Source: Gemmatimonadota bacterium (GTDB lineage Bacteria > Gemmatimonadota > Gemmatimonadetes > Gemmatimonadales > GWC2-71-9). Taken from it: a stretch of 64,000 bases of DNA. The stretch is taken from the NCBI GenBank assembly GCA_036679645.1, contig JAZDCY010000042.1:96001-160000 (forward strand), in the 5' to 3' direction. The notes below the pieces were generated by a model. That model was not told the DNA's origin, did no database searches, and worked only from the letters and a program-made list of their open reading frames with translations. Positions within the stretch are counted from its first letter, which is position 1. Every line of letters starts with the position of its first letter. A program made the position numbers and the translations under genes. Of this stretch, positions 37,997 to 48,233 are shown one piece after another.

Positions 37997-39175
37997 ATGC
38001 GAATCGGGATCGATCTGTCTTGCTGGGCGAATGAGCGTGGATATGGCCGGTACGTCCGCGAACTCGTACCGACCATGATTGGTTCGGCACCGACAGACGA
38101 GTTCGTCGGCTACATCGATGCGCCATCGCGGGATCTCTTCGAGTTCGAAGCACCTAACCTGGAGATTGTCGAAGTCCCACAACGTGCTCCGCCCACCGTT
38201 GCGGCCAGCACCGACGGGAGCCGGTCACCCATCGACATGTTGCGCTTCACCCAGGCCGTGTGGCGGACCGCACCGAGCGTATTCTTTTCGCCGTCCGTGT
38301 ATACGTACTTCCCGCTTCCCCCCCGGCAACGTGCGGTCGTCGCCGTCCACGACGCCATCGCGGAACGTTTTCCGCACCTCACACTCCCATCGAGACGGGC
38401 TCGTTGGTTCTGGAACGCGAAGGTTCGCCTCGCGCTGTGGCAATGTCGCCTCGTGATTACCGTGTCCGAGTTCGCCGCGGACGAACTCGAGGCGGTGCTC
38501 CGGATTCCGCGCTCGCGCATCCGTGTGACACTCGAGGCACCGGCGCCCGCGTACCGACCGAGCGAAGGCGCGCAGGACATCGCCGCTGCGGCCGGGCGCG
38601 CCGGTCTCCCCCAGGGAGCCAAATGGTTCGTGTACGTCGGTGGATTCAATCCGCACAAGAACGTCGACGGCATCGTACGGGCCTACGCCGCGGCAGTTGC
38701 CGAGCTGCCCGATCCGGCTCCGTACCTCCTCCTCGTCGGATCCACGAGCCGGAACGTCTTCTTCGGAAATACGAAAGCGATTCGAGCCGTGGTGGCGGAG
38801 TACAACCTCGAGGCACAGGTCCTTTGGACCGGATTCGTTCCGGACGACGAGCTCCGGCACTTGTTGTCGGGGGCGATCGCCCTCGTCATGTTCTCGGAGA
38901 GCGAAGGATTCGGCCTCCCCGCCATCGAGGCGGCTGCGTGCGGAACGCCGGTCATCGCGCCTACAGCGAGCCCGCTCCCGCAACTTCTCGCCGGCGGCGG
39001 GGTTTTCGTCGAGCCACGTGACTTGTCGGCTCTACAAACTGGCATGACGATGCTCGCGACTGCGCCCGATCGCCGACAGGCGCTCGCGAGCGCGGCGCTC
39101 GCGGGAGCACGCCGCCTATCGTGGCGAGCCTCGGCGGCCCGGGCACTCGACGCGTTGAGGGAGGCGGCGGCATGA
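37997..39175 (+). CDS. GT4 glycosyltransferase
   Basis: MRIGID, G.GRY, HD, YVGG.NPHKN, SESEGFGLPAIEA; RBS GAGGAGGT. Confidence 0.92.
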   Translation: MRIGIDLSCWANERGYGRYVRELVPTMIGSAPTDEFVGYIDAPSRDLFEFEAPNLEIVEVPQRAPPTVAASTDGSRSPIDMLRFTQAVWRTAPSVFFSPSVYTYFPLPPRQRAVVAVHDAIAERFPHLTLPSRRARWFWNAKVRLALWQCRLVITVSEFAADELEAVLRIPRSRIRVTLEAPAPAYRPSEGAQDIAAAAGRAGLPQGAKWFVYVGGFNPHKNVDGIVRAYAAAVAELPDPAPYLLLVGSTSRNVFFGNTKAIRAVVAEYNLEAQVLWTGFVPDDELRHLLSGAIALVMFSESEGFGLPAIEAAACGTPVIAPTASPLPQLLAGGGVFVEPRDLSALQTGMTMLATAPDRRQALASAALAGARRLSWRASAARALDALREAAA

Positions 39176-40434
39176 ACGCGTTGCGGTTCTGCATGATCAC
39201 CACGTTCTACCCGCCCTACAACTTCGGCGGTGACGGCATTGGGGTGCAGCGCCTGTCACAGGCGCTCGTTCGTCGCGGACATCAGGTCACCGTCGTGCAC
39301 AACGCGAGCGCCTATCATCTGCTGAGCAATGGGGTGGCGCCCGAACCGCCCCAGCCAGACGGAGTCGAGGTAGTGTCACTCGAGCACCGGTTGGGACGAG
39401 CCGCGGCACTGCTGGACCACCAGTCGGGCCGGCCCCTCGTACACGGCCGGCGCCTCAAACGGCTGCTGGAGTCGGGTGGGTACGACGTGATCAACTTCCA
39501 CAACATCTCGCTCGCCGGTGGGCCGGGCGTACTCGGGCTGGGCAACGCCATCAAGCTCTACATGGCGCACGAGCACTGGCTCATCTGTCCGTCCCACGTC
39601 TTGTGGCGTCATGGCCGAGAAGTTTGCACCGGGCGCGAGTGCCTCCGCTGCGTCCTGCATTATCGGCGCCCGCCGCAGATGTGGCGATACACCGGGTTTC
39701 TGGAGCGGCAGCTCAGCTACGTGGACACGTTCATCGCGATGTCCGAGTTCAGTCGCGCGAAGCATCGTGAATTCGGTTTCCCGCGCCCCATGGAGGTACT
39801 ACCCTACTTCCTACCTGACGAAACGCAACCCGATTCGATCGACGACCACCCGTCGCCGTACGAAAGGCCATACTTCCTGTTCGTCGGCCGGCTCGAGCGT
39901 ATCAAAGGTGTGGAAGACGTGATCCCGATCTTCGCCGACTACGGGGATGCCGATTTCGTTATTGCGGGCGATGGAGAGCACCGTGCTGTTCTCGAGTCCC
40001 TCGCCGCCGAGAATCCCCGGATCCACTTTCTGGGACGGGTGCCGACCGACGAACTGCAGCGCTACTACCGGCACGCTATCGCGTTGATCGTTCCGTCGGT
40101 CTGCTACGAGACGTTCGGGATCATACTCATCGAAGCGTTCCGGGCCGGCGTGCCCGTTATCGCGCGCCGCATCGGCCCATTTCCGGAATTGATCGATCGT
40201 AGCGGCGCCGGCCTATTGTTCGACGACCCCGAGCAGCTGCGTACTGCGCTCGCCCGGGTCCAACACGACATGGATGGCCGCGCCAGGCTCGCCTCGGCGG
40301 GACTACGCGCGTTTGAGCGGTATTGGTCGGAGGAGGCCGTTATGCCTCAGTACCTAGACATCGTCAAGCGGGCGGCCCAGCGGCGGGGGAATCATCACGT
40401 CGCCGCTGCGGTCGCTGCAGAGGGCTCTGCATGA
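39172..40434 (+). CDS. GT4 glycosyltransferase with Cys cluster
   Basis: FVGRLERIKG, PSVCYETFGIILIEA; WLICP...CTGRECLRC. Confidence 0.9.
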   Translation: MNALRFCMITTFYPPYNFGGDGIGVQRLSQALVRRGHQVTVVHNASAYHLLSNGVAPEPPQPDGVEVVSLEHRLGRAAALLDHQSGRPLVHGRRLKRLLESGGYDVINFHNISLAGGPGVLGLGNAIKLYMAHEHWLICPSHVLWRHGREVCTGRECLRCVLHYRRPPQMWRYTGFLERQLSYVDTFIAMSEFSRAKHREFGFPRPMEVLPYFLPDETQPDSIDDHPSPYERPYFLFVGRLERIKGVEDVIPIFADYGDADFVIAGDGEHRAVLESLAAENPRIHFLGRVPTDELQRYYRHAIALIVPSVCYETFGIILIEAFRAGVPVIARRIGPFPELIDRSGAGLLFDDPEQLRTALARVQHDMDGRARLASAGLRAFERYWSEEAVMPQYLDIVKRAAQRRGNHHVAAAVAAEGSA

Positions 40435-41402
40435 GAATCTTCATTACCGGTGGCGCGGGCTTTATCGGTTCGCACCTCGCCCAGCGGCTGATAGATGACG
40501 ACCATCGCGTCATCGCCCTAGATGACCTCTCCACCGGACAGATGGAGAATATCGAGCACCTCATCGGCAACGACCGCTTCGACTACCGCATCGGGTCGGT
40601 GCGAGACGCGCCGCTCGTAGCCGAGCTCGTCGACCGGTGCGACCTCACGGTGCACCTAGCGGCGGCGGTTGGGGTTCGACTCATCATCGAGCGCCCGGTC
40701 CACACCATCGAGACGAATGTGCACGGAACCGAGATCGTCCTCGAGGCAGTCGCGCGCAAGCAGAAGCCGATCCTGATTGCCTCCACGTCGGAGGTGTACG
40801 GCAAAGCCGCATCGCCGTTCGTGGAGGAGGCGGATCTCGTCCTCGGCCCCACGTCCCACAGCCGTTGGGCCTATGCGTGCTCGAAAGCGCTCGACGAGTG
40901 GCTCGCGTTGGCATACGCGCGAGAGAAGGGCGTCCCTGTGGTGATCGCCCGGCTCTTCAATACGGTCGGCCCCCGGCAAACCGGGCGCTACGGGATGGTG
41001 CTACCCACCTTCGTATCGCAGGCGCTACGGGGCGACCCAGTTACCGTCTTCGGGACCGGAGAGCAATCGCGCTGTTTCGGGCACGTCCGCGACGCGACCG
41101 AAGCGATGGTCCGGCTCATGGAGCACGCGTCTACCACCGGCGAAGTGTTCAACGTAGGGACCGACCAAGAGGTCACGATCAATCGTCTGGCGGAAATGGT
41201 CGTCTCGGCCACGGGAAGCCGGTCGGAGGTCGTTCATATCCCGTACGACGAAGCTTATGCCGAGGGCTTCGAAGACATGCACCGGCGCGTTCCGGACGTC
41301 GCTAAGCTCGAGCGCATGACCGGCTTTCGTCCGCGCATCCCCCTGGAGCAAATCATCGAGGACGTGGTTGTGCACCAACGAGCCGTTGCGGCACGCGATT
41401 AG
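40431..41402 (+). CDS. NAD-dependent nucleotide-sugar epimerase/dehydratase (extended SDR)
   Basis: TGGAGFIG, HLAA, ASTSEVYG, YACSK, RLFNTVGPRQ. Confidence 0.92.
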   Translation: MRIFITGGAGFIGSHLAQRLIDDDHRVIALDDLSTGQMENIEHLIGNDRFDYRIGSVRDAPLVAELVDRCDLTVHLAAAVGVRLIIERPVHTIETNVHGTEIVLEAVARKQKPILIASTSEVYGKAASPFVEEADLVLGPTSHSRWAYACSKALDEWLALAYAREKGVPVVIARLFNTVGPRQTGRYGMVLPTFVSQALRGDPVTVFGTGEQSRCFGHVRDATEAMVRLMEHASTTGEVFNVGTDQEVTINRLAEMVVSATGSRSEVVHIPYDEAYAEGFEDMHRRVPDVAKLERMTGFRPRIPLEQIIEDVVVHQRAVAARD

Positions 41403-41416
41403 TCCCCGATCGATCG

Positions 41417-42142
41417 ATGCGTGGAATCCTGACCTATCATTCGATAGACGAGACCGCGTCCGTCATATCCGTAGGCGCCACCGCGTTCCGCGCGCACATG
41501 CGATGGCTGGCGAACGCCGACGTAGAGGTAACGACGGTTGGAGACTTGATGAGCGCTCCAACAATCCGTAACGCCGTCGCAATCACTTTCGACGACGCGT
41601 TCGAAAACTTCGCGACCCAGGCATGGCCCGTGCTCCGCGAATTTGGGCTGCCAGCAACCTTATTTGTCGTCACGGGTTTCGCCGGCGGTACGAATGCATG
41701 GGAGATGTCTTCCACCCTGCCCACACTGCCGCTGCTCGACTGGGACGCCTTGGGGAAGCTCGCCGACGACGGGCTCGAGCTGGCAGCCCATAGCGTGAGC
41801 CACCCCGACCTGCGTGTAGTGTCGGATGCCGCCCTGAACGACGAAGTGGTCGGATCGGTGGAGCGCATCGAGATGGAGACCGGTCGACGGCCCATCGGGT
41901 TCGCCTTCCCCTACGGCGCGTGCGACCGGCGGGTGGTCGACGCCGTCCAGGGTGCATGTGGGTGGGCGTGCACCACTGTCCTGCGACCGCTGGGACGAAA
42001 CGAAGATCGTCACCGTCTGCCGCGGCTGGACGCGTACTATCTCCGTCGGCCCGGGCGGCTCGAAACATGGGGACCGCGACTGCAACGCTACCTCCGGTTG
42101 CGCGCCGTTGGCCGCCAAGTCCGCCAGGCGTTCAGGTCCTAG
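41417..42142 (+). CDS. Polysaccharide deacetylase (CE4)
   Basis: ILTYHS, ITFDD, ATLFV, AHSVSH, FAFPYG. Confidence 0.9.
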   Translation: MRGILTYHSIDETASVISVGATAFRAHMRWLANADVEVTTVGDLMSAPTIRNAVAITFDDAFENFATQAWPVLREFGLPATLFVVTGFAGGTNAWEMSSTLPTLPLLDWDALGKLADDGLELAAHSVSHPDLRVVSDAALNDEVVGSVERIEMETGRRPIGFAFPYGACDRRVVDAVQGACGWACTTVLRPLGRNEDRHRLPRLDAYYLRRPGRLETWGPRLQRYLRLRAVGRQVRQAFRS

Positions 42143-42152
42143 GTGTCACCCC

Positions 42153-43148
42153 GTGACCAACGTGCCGTACGTCTGCCCACGTTGCCGCGGCCCGCTCGAT
42201 GCCTCGGTCGACCTCTATGGCTGCGGCCAGTGCGACACGACGTACCCCATCATCGCCGGTATCCCCGACTTCCGAGTGACGGCCGATCCATGGCTCGACT
42301 TCGAGGGCGATCGGGACAAGGCGATCCGGCTGCACTCGGTGACGGCCAATCTCAGTTTTGAGGAGAGCGTTCGCGCCTATTGGGACATGACCCCGAGCAC
42401 ACCTCGATGGTTGGCCGACCGCTTCGTCGGTCATGTGACGCGAGCGCAGCAACGGTCGGCCGAATGGCTCGACACGCTGGATGTGAGGGGCGACATCTCG
42501 GATCGCCTCACGTTGGACCTGGGGTGCGGGACGGGCGATCTGCTGGCGGCATGCGCCGTCCGAGCCGAGCGGGCGATCGGTATCGACATCGCACTCCGCT
42601 GGCTCGTCGTCGCGCGCCGTCGGCCGGAACTCCAAAACGACAACAACGCCCTGGTGTGCTGCAACGCTGAGCACCTGCCTTTTCCGCAGAACACGTTCTC
42701 GCGAGTGACTGCGTTGGGTTTGCTCGAGCATTGCACCCACCCCGAGCCTGTGTGCCGCGAGGCGTTTCGGGTGCTGAGGCCAGACGGTCGGATGCACGTG
42801 CGCACGGTCAACCGCTACTCGCTGCTACCGGAACCGCATGTGCAGCTGTGGGGAGTCGGATTCCTTCCGCGACGACTAGCCCCTGCATACGTCGAGCTGC
42901 GGACTGGAGGCCCCTATGAGCACCACCGTACCCTGTCCGCCAGAGAGCTTCGCCATGCATTCTGCGGCGCCGGTTTTCGAAACGTGTCCGCGCGCGCGGC
43001 GATCGTATTGCCTGCGGAGGGAAGCCAGATGGGAACGGTTGGCCAGTCGATGATTCCTGTGTACGCCGCGCTGCGCCGGTTTCCCATTGTGCGCGCCGTG
43101 GTCGCGTGGATCGCACCGCTCGTCGAGTGCTCGGGGGAGGTCGCGTGA
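42153..43148 (+). CDS. Class I SAM methyltransferase with N-terminal Trm112-like Zn ribbon
   Basis: CPRC...CGQC..YPIIAGIP; LDLGCGTG, AEHLPF, RVLRPDG. Confidence 0.85.
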   Translation: MTNVPYVCPRCRGPLDASVDLYGCGQCDTTYPIIAGIPDFRVTADPWLDFEGDRDKAIRLHSVTANLSFEESVRAYWDMTPSTPRWLADRFVGHVTRAQQRSAEWLDTLDVRGDISDRLTLDLGCGTGDLLAACAVRAERAIGIDIALRWLVVARRRPELQNDNNALVCCNAEHLPFPQNTFSRVTALGLLEHCTHPEPVCREAFRVLRPDGRMHVRTVNRYSLLPEPHVQLWGVGFLPRRLAPAYVELRTGGPYEHHRTLSARELRHAFCGAGFRNVSARAAIVLPAEGSQMGTVGQSMIPVYAALRRFPIVRAVVAWIAPLVECSGEVA

Positions 43149-43921
43149 GCCTGCCACCGATCTTCAGCCCGGAGTACTACACGTATTGGCGTCGGTTCGA
43201 AGCTGCTTCGTGGTGGAGCGCGGGTATGCGCGACGTCGCGACGATGCTGCTGTCGCGCGTACCACTACCGGATGAGGGCCACGCGCTCGACGTCGGCTGC
43301 GGATCAGGACAGGGCATGTTCTGGTTTTGCGAGTTGCACCCGCGATGGCACGTCGCGGGTCTCGATCTCGGTGACGATGGCCTCCGCGCCGCGCGTAGTG
43401 GCGGCCTGGAAGGCATCCTGAAGGCGACGGCGACCGCACTCCCGTGTCCGGCACGGAGCGCGGACGTGATAATTACGCTCGACGTGCTCCAACACCTCCC
43501 ACTCGACGGCGGTGACGAAGTCGCCCTTCGCGAAATGCACCGCGTGCTCAAGCCCGGCGGAGTCCTGCTCATCCGGACCAACGCGCAAGCGTTCCCCAAG
43601 CGGCCGGACGACATTGAGGCACAATGGCATCGATACGCACCAGACGAACTCTGCGCGAAACTCGAGCGGACGGGATTCGAGATCCTCCGGCTCAGTAGGG
43701 TCAATGCACTCCTCGGTCTGGCCGAGATTCCCCGCGATCTCCGCCGCCGATCGGCAAGCAGCCACTCATCGTACGAAGTCGTGCATTCCACCCCGAAGGC
43801 GCAATGGCGGTGGCCCGCCAAGATCAAGCGTGGATGGCTCCGGTTCGAAGGGCGCGCGGTCTGCGCCGGTGTCCGGCTTCCCTTCGGTCGATCACTCGTT
43901 GCCCTCTGTCAGGCCAGGTAA
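43145..43921 (+). CDS. Class I SAM methyltransferase
   Basis: GTG 43145 overlaps the previous stop; LDVGCGSG, LDVLQHL, RVLKPGG. Confidence 0.88.
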   Translation: MSLPPIFSPEYYTYWRRFEAASWWSAGMRDVATMLLSRVPLPDEGHALDVGCGSGQGMFWFCELHPRWHVAGLDLGDDGLRAARSGGLEGILKATATALPCPARSADVIITLDVLQHLPLDGGDEVALREMHRVLKPGGVLLIRTNAQAFPKRPDDIEAQWHRYAPDELCAKLERTGFEILRLSRVNALLGLAEIPRDLRRRSASSHSSYEVVHSTPKAQWRWPAKIKRGWLRFEGRAVCAGVRLPFGRSLVALCQAR

Positions 43922-43961
43922 TCACAATGCGACGCAGACACACGCATTCCGGAACGCACGC

Positions 43962-45068
43962 ATGCGCACCGCGTTAGTTGGGCTCGGCAACGCCGGGTTC
44001 GATTTGCATCTGCCAGCGCTCGCAGCACTTCCGAATGCTGAAATCGTCGGAGCCTGCGATCTCGATGCCGACCGCCGTCGGCGCGCCGCCGAGCGGTGGG
44101 GAATCGCGGTCTTCGACGACCTGGACCTCATGCTGTCCGAGACGGCGCCGGAGGTTGTCATCGTCGCGACACCGCCGGACCACCACGCCGATCACTGCGC
44201 CCGGACGTTCGCAGCGGGCGCAGACGTGATCTGTGAGAAACCCTTGGCGCCGTCACTGGCGCAAGCTGACGAGATCCTTGCCGCTGCCGCGACGGCCGGT
44301 CGGCGCATCGCCGTGAACCACGAGTTCCGCGAAATGTGTATCATGCGCGCGGTTCGGGATCGGATCGGCCAGCCCGGCGTTGGCCCGCTGCGTTTCGTCC
44401 AAATCTGGCAGAACATGAACCTCCCGCCGTGGGACGAGCCCGGCTGGCGTGGGGAGTTAATGCAAGGGGTGCTCTTCGAGGCGGGCATACATCTCGTGGA
44501 TCTTGCCTTGGCGCTATTCGACGAGCGGCCGGTGGCGGTGTCCGCCACCGTCTCGACGGGCGGGACTCGCCCTGAGAAAACCGACGCTATCGCGGTCGCC
44601 ACGCTCGAGTTCTCGGACGGACGGTTGGCGAACGTCCTGCAGAACCGTCTCTGCCGCGGCGACACGCAATATTTCGAGGTCCGAGCGGACACGGAGGAAG
44701 CATCGCTTCGCGCGTCCTTCGGCGGGCGAGCCCGGCTCAGCGTCGGCCTCTTCCATAGCACCGCCCCGCACGCACGGATCGAGTACGGACCGGCCGGTAT
44801 CGCGTGGGGCGAACAGGGGGGACATCGGACGATGATCGCCCGCAACCCGCGCGACGCGGGCATGGTCGCAACTCGACGTCTCCTGGAAAAAACGCTCGAC
44901 GGCTTCCGGACCGGCGCTGCCGTGCCGGCCGACGGCCAGGCCGGGAAGGAAAGCCTGGAGGTCGTCGCGGCGTGTTACCACGCGGCAAAAACGGGTCGGC
45001 GGGTGGACCTGCACGGGGATGACCTTGCGCAGATCCGCTCCGTCCCCATCAGCCAGATGATTGGGTGA
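43962..45068 (+). CDS. Gfo/Idh/MocA family oxidoreductase
   Basis: VGLGNAG, VATPP..H, VICEKP, GIHLVD. Confidence 0.9.
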   Translation: MRTALVGLGNAGFDLHLPALAALPNAEIVGACDLDADRRRRAAERWGIAVFDDLDLMLSETAPEVVIVATPPDHHADHCARTFAAGADVICEKPLAPSLAQADEILAAAATAGRRIAVNHEFREMCIMRAVRDRIGQPGVGPLRFVQIWQNMNLPPWDEPGWRGELMQGVLFEAGIHLVDLALALFDERPVAVSATVSTGGTRPEKTDAIAVATLEFSDGRLANVLQNRLCRGDTQYFEVRADTEEASLRASFGGRARLSVGLFHSTAPHARIEYGPAGIAWGEQGGHRTMIARNPRDAGMVATRRLLEKTLDGFRTGAAVPADGQAGKESLEVVAACYHAAKTGRRVDLHGDDLAQIRSVPISQMIG

Positions 45069-45215
45069 CCGAGCGCGCAACCAGACCGCCACGGCGAAGC
45101 CGCGATGTTGCGCGCGTGCAACACATACGGGTCAGGCAGCTAACTGTTGGCATAAGCGCAGCCATCTTAGAGGAAAATGAGACCCCACCGGCACAGGTGC
45201 GTCGGTCGCGCTCTC

Positions 45216-46178
45216 CTAGACCGGTTCGCCCCGACCGTCTGACAACGGGTGTTTCGGCTCGTAGAGCATGTCGAGCACCAACGCCACCAATAGACACTGC
45301 ACACCAATGATGATCGGCAGTGCGGCGACAAACACCGTTCCCGCGGTCGCGGCGGTCGCCGTCGTGGACGAGTGCCACCAGCGAATCCCCCCGAACACGA
45401 CGCCAAACGTCACCGCAGGAACCCCAACCAGCACACACAGTGTCAGGACGTTGAAGTCTCGAAGGACGTAGCGCCAGATGAATCGGCGTAGCAGGCCTCG
45501 GACCTGCAGAGCCGGGAATTGCAGCAGGGTCCTGACGATGCTGAGCGAGCTGCCTTCGTCCGCGTAGCGCGCGGGGAGCGGGACGTCGCAAACTACCGCG
45601 CCGAGGATGTTCAGCTCGATGAGCATGCTTGTCTCGAAGAAGTAGCGACGCTGAACACGCTGCACTTCGAGCTGGCGCAGCACCGCGCTGCGGATCGCCG
45701 TGAACCCATTGGTGGGATCCAACAACGACCAGTAGCCAGAGACGAGTTTCGTGAGGAACGACAGAATGCCATTCCCGATCAGGCGGACCCGCGGCATCGT
45801 GCGGAGGGCCCCGAAGTCCCAGAACCGATTTCCTTTCGCGTAGTCCGCTCTTCCATCCAGGAGGGGAGCTACGAGCAAGGGCAGATCGCTCCCCGCCATC
45901 TGCCCGTCTCCATCCATCTTGACGCAGATGTCTGCACCGCGCGCCATGGCGGCTTCGTAGCCCGTGAGGGCCGCCGCCCCGACCCCTCTGTTGCGCTCGT
46001 GGAACACGCTCACGACACGGGGGTCGTCGATGCGATCCAGCGCCCCCCGCGAACCATCCCGGCTCCCGTCGTCAACGAGAACGATCGTCCGCACCATCGA
46101 GGGGATCCCCGCGACCACCTCGGCGATATGTCGCTCCACGTTGAAGCACGGGATCACCACGGCGATGTGCATGCTCAC
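45216..46178 (-). CDS. GT2, DPM-synthase-like polyprenol-phosphate glycosyltransferase
   Basis: VVIPCFN, VDDGS, NRGVG, KMDGDGQ, KGNRF, DPTNGF, two C-terminal TM helices. Confidence 0.9.
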   Translation of the reverse strand: MSMHIAVVIPCFNVERHIAEVVAGIPSMVRTIVLVDDGSRDGSRGALDRIDDPRVVSVFHERNRGVGAAALTGYEAAMARGADICVKMDGDGQMAGSDLPLLVAPLLDGRADYAKGNRFWDFGALRTMPRVRLIGNGILSFLTKLVSGYWSLLDPTNGFTAIRSAVLRQLEVQRVQRRYFFETSMLIELNILGAVVCDVPLPARYADEGSSLSIVRTLLQFPALQVRGLLRRFIWRYVLRDFNVLTLCVLVGVPAVTFGVVFGGIRWWHSSTTATAATAGTVFVAALPIIIGVQCLLVALVLDMLYEPKHPLSDGRGEPV

Positions 46179-47638
46179 GGGGGACTCACGTAGACGCGTA
46201 CCATCCCGTCTCCGATCGTGCCAGGGAACTCGCGCGCCACGTCATACTCGTCGTGAACGTGGCGATGGAGTGCCGAGTCGTGCACGGCCAGGAGCCGCTC
46301 CAGCGTTGTCACGAGCCACAAGCGCTCGTGGGAACCCTCGAGGGCCACGAGATCGTCCAAGGTTTCGACTTGCATGAAGGGCAAGCCATAGTCGCCTAGC
46401 ACGTGGCCCGCAAGATGAACACCGACTCTTGCGTCCCCCGGTGCGGCCAACGAATCAACGGCGGCGGCAGCGCCGAGGAAATCCTGTTTGGGGTACCGGT
46501 AGTAACGCGGGAGGGGGGCCGCCGACACGATCACCACCACAAACAGTGCAATTGCAGTCACGAGCCGCGTGGCGCTCTCGCGCACCGGCAGGCGCTCGGC
46601 GGCCGCCCGGACCACCAGGAACGCACCCATCCCGCCTACGAGATACACGACAGGCAGGGCCGTCGCAAAATACCTGGGGTGTATTCCCGCACCGGAGAGC
46701 ACGAGCGCTACGCCCTGCACGATGACCGGCGCAATGAGCACCAGCATGACAAGGATTCGCCTGCGCAGCCACCACACGAGACCGATCATGCCGATCGTCG
46801 ATGCCATCGCCAACCCCAGGACTCCGCCGAACGCCGCACTCAGTCCCTCGAACACCTCGGCGACCAGCCAAAGGCCGATACGCGGACCCTCTACCGGGCT
46901 CGCGATGTTCGCCCGGGTGTACGCAAGCAGCGAGCCGAGAAACGGCAGGTAGAGCAATACGGTCGCGACCGCCGCGGCTGCTGCACTCGTGACAAAAGGT
47001 AGGGTCGGCACGTTCACGTCCGCGCGTCGCGCTCGCTTCAGGAGCACGGCCCCGAGAACGACAACCGCATGTCCACCAACGACAAAAACGCCGAGGACAT
47101 TCGCATACGCTGCCAGCGCTCCGACGACGGCGTACGCCACCCACGGAGCGCGGGATTCGGGCCGTTGCCACGCCCTCAGCAAGAGGTGGGACGCTAACAG
47201 GTACAGGAAAATGAGGGCCGTGTAACCGCGGGCGTTTTGCGAGAAGAAGATGTGATGGTACGAGAGCGCGAACAGTCCAGTTGCAAAGAGCGCCGCACGC
47301 GGCTGAAGCGTGTGCTCTACCAACCGGTAGAGCACCCACACCCCTGCCACACCGAAGATCACCGCGGGCAGCCGTATGCCGATAGGGCTCTCGCCAGAGA
47401 CCAGGTACCCCACGTGGGCGAGGACCTCGTAGAGCACATGGGTCGTCGTACCGGGCCACTCGGTGAGGATTGCGCCAGTCGACCGACGGATACTGTTGAG
47501 CGCCGACATCTCGTCGAGCCACAGCTGGCTCCCGACTCGCACGAGCCGCAAGACGCCCGCGACCACAATGATCGCGACCAGCCAGATACCCACACCGCGG
47601 ACTTCTGCCGACTCGGCCTGCGACTTGGGCTGCGTCAT
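46175..47638 (-). CDS. GT-C fold membrane glycosyltransferase (PMT-like)
   Basis: LWLDE, IRLP...G, SQNARGY, PRY; multi-TM; start ATG 47638. Confidence 0.82.
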   Translation of the reverse strand: MTQPKSQAESAEVRGVGIWLVAIIVVAGVLRLVRVGSQLWLDEMSALNSIRRSTGAILTEWPGTTTHVLYEVLAHVGYLVSGESPIGIRLPAVIFGVAGVWVLYRLVEHTLQPRAALFATGLFALSYHHIFFSQNARGYTALIFLYLLASHLLLRAWQRPESRAPWVAYAVVGALAAYANVLGVFVVGGHAVVVLGAVLLKRARRADVNVPTLPFVTSAAAAAVATVLLYLPFLGSLLAYTRANIASPVEGPRIGLWLVAEVFEGLSAAFGGVLGLAMASTIGMIGLVWWLRRRILVMLVLIAPVIVQGVALVLSGAGIHPRYFATALPVVYLVGGMGAFLVVRAAAERLPVRESATRLVTAIALFVVVIVSAAPLPRYYRYPKQDFLGAAAAVDSLAAPGDARVGVHLAGHVLGDYGLPFMQVETLDDLVALEGSHERLWLVTTLERLLAVHDSALHRHVHDEYDVAREFPGTIGDGMVRVYVSPP

Positions 47639-47715
47639 CAATGGGCCTGTTGAACGGCGTTCATGTACTCTCGAGGATTGCGATACTCCGACGGTTGCGC
47701 TGAGGGGCGGGGGGC

Positions 47716-47729
47716 GCAAATACTACGCC
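47716..47729 (-). promoter_or_regulatory. Putative sigma54 promoter of the GT-C/GT2 pair
   Basis: tGGCGTAgtatTTGC, GG-N10-GC. Confidence 0.5.
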
Positions 47730-47819
47730 ACAGGCAGCAGGGCCGGTCCCGCGCTAGAACGCTGGTCCGAAAAATGCGCCCGCCTACCAAGGACCTTTCA
47801 ACTCGGAATTGTCAGAATA

Positions 47820-48131
47820 GTGACTACGTCGCGGGAAGAAGAAGAACAGGAAGCGCTCCACCGGGCGATTCGTCGCCTGAACGCGAGGGCGTGGGGGATC
47901 GCCATGGGCCTCCTCATGGGCGGTGGATTGTTTGTCGCGACGAATGTCCTTGTGCTGCGGGGAGGTAGGAACGTCGGGCAGCACCTGAGCCTCCTCTCCA
48001 TCTATTTCCCCGGATACCGCGTCACGTTTCTCGGGAGCCTGGTCGGGTTTGTCTACGCGTTCGTGATCGGCTACGCGCTGGGACGCCTTATCGGGACCCT
48101 GTACAACCGGCTGGTCGGACCGTCCGCCTGA
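47820..48131 (+). CDS. Small 2-TM membrane protein (homologue of 33703-34068)
   Basis: LNARAWGIAMG...LSLLSIYFPGYRVTFLGSLVGFVYAF..GY..G....LYN; GTG 47820. Confidence 0.75.
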   Translation: MTTSREEEEQEALHRAIRRLNARAWGIAMGLLMGGGLFVATNVLVLRGGRNVGQHLSLLSIYFPGYRVTFLGSLVGFVYAFVIGYALGRLIGTLYNRLVGPSA

Positions 48132-48233
48132 AGACCGACAACGCAGTGCCGATGCCGTTCGTCGACACTCTCCAGACCCGGCCGCCAAGTTCCTCCACGT
48201 CACGTTCAAGACGGAGGATGGCGCACTCCGTAC

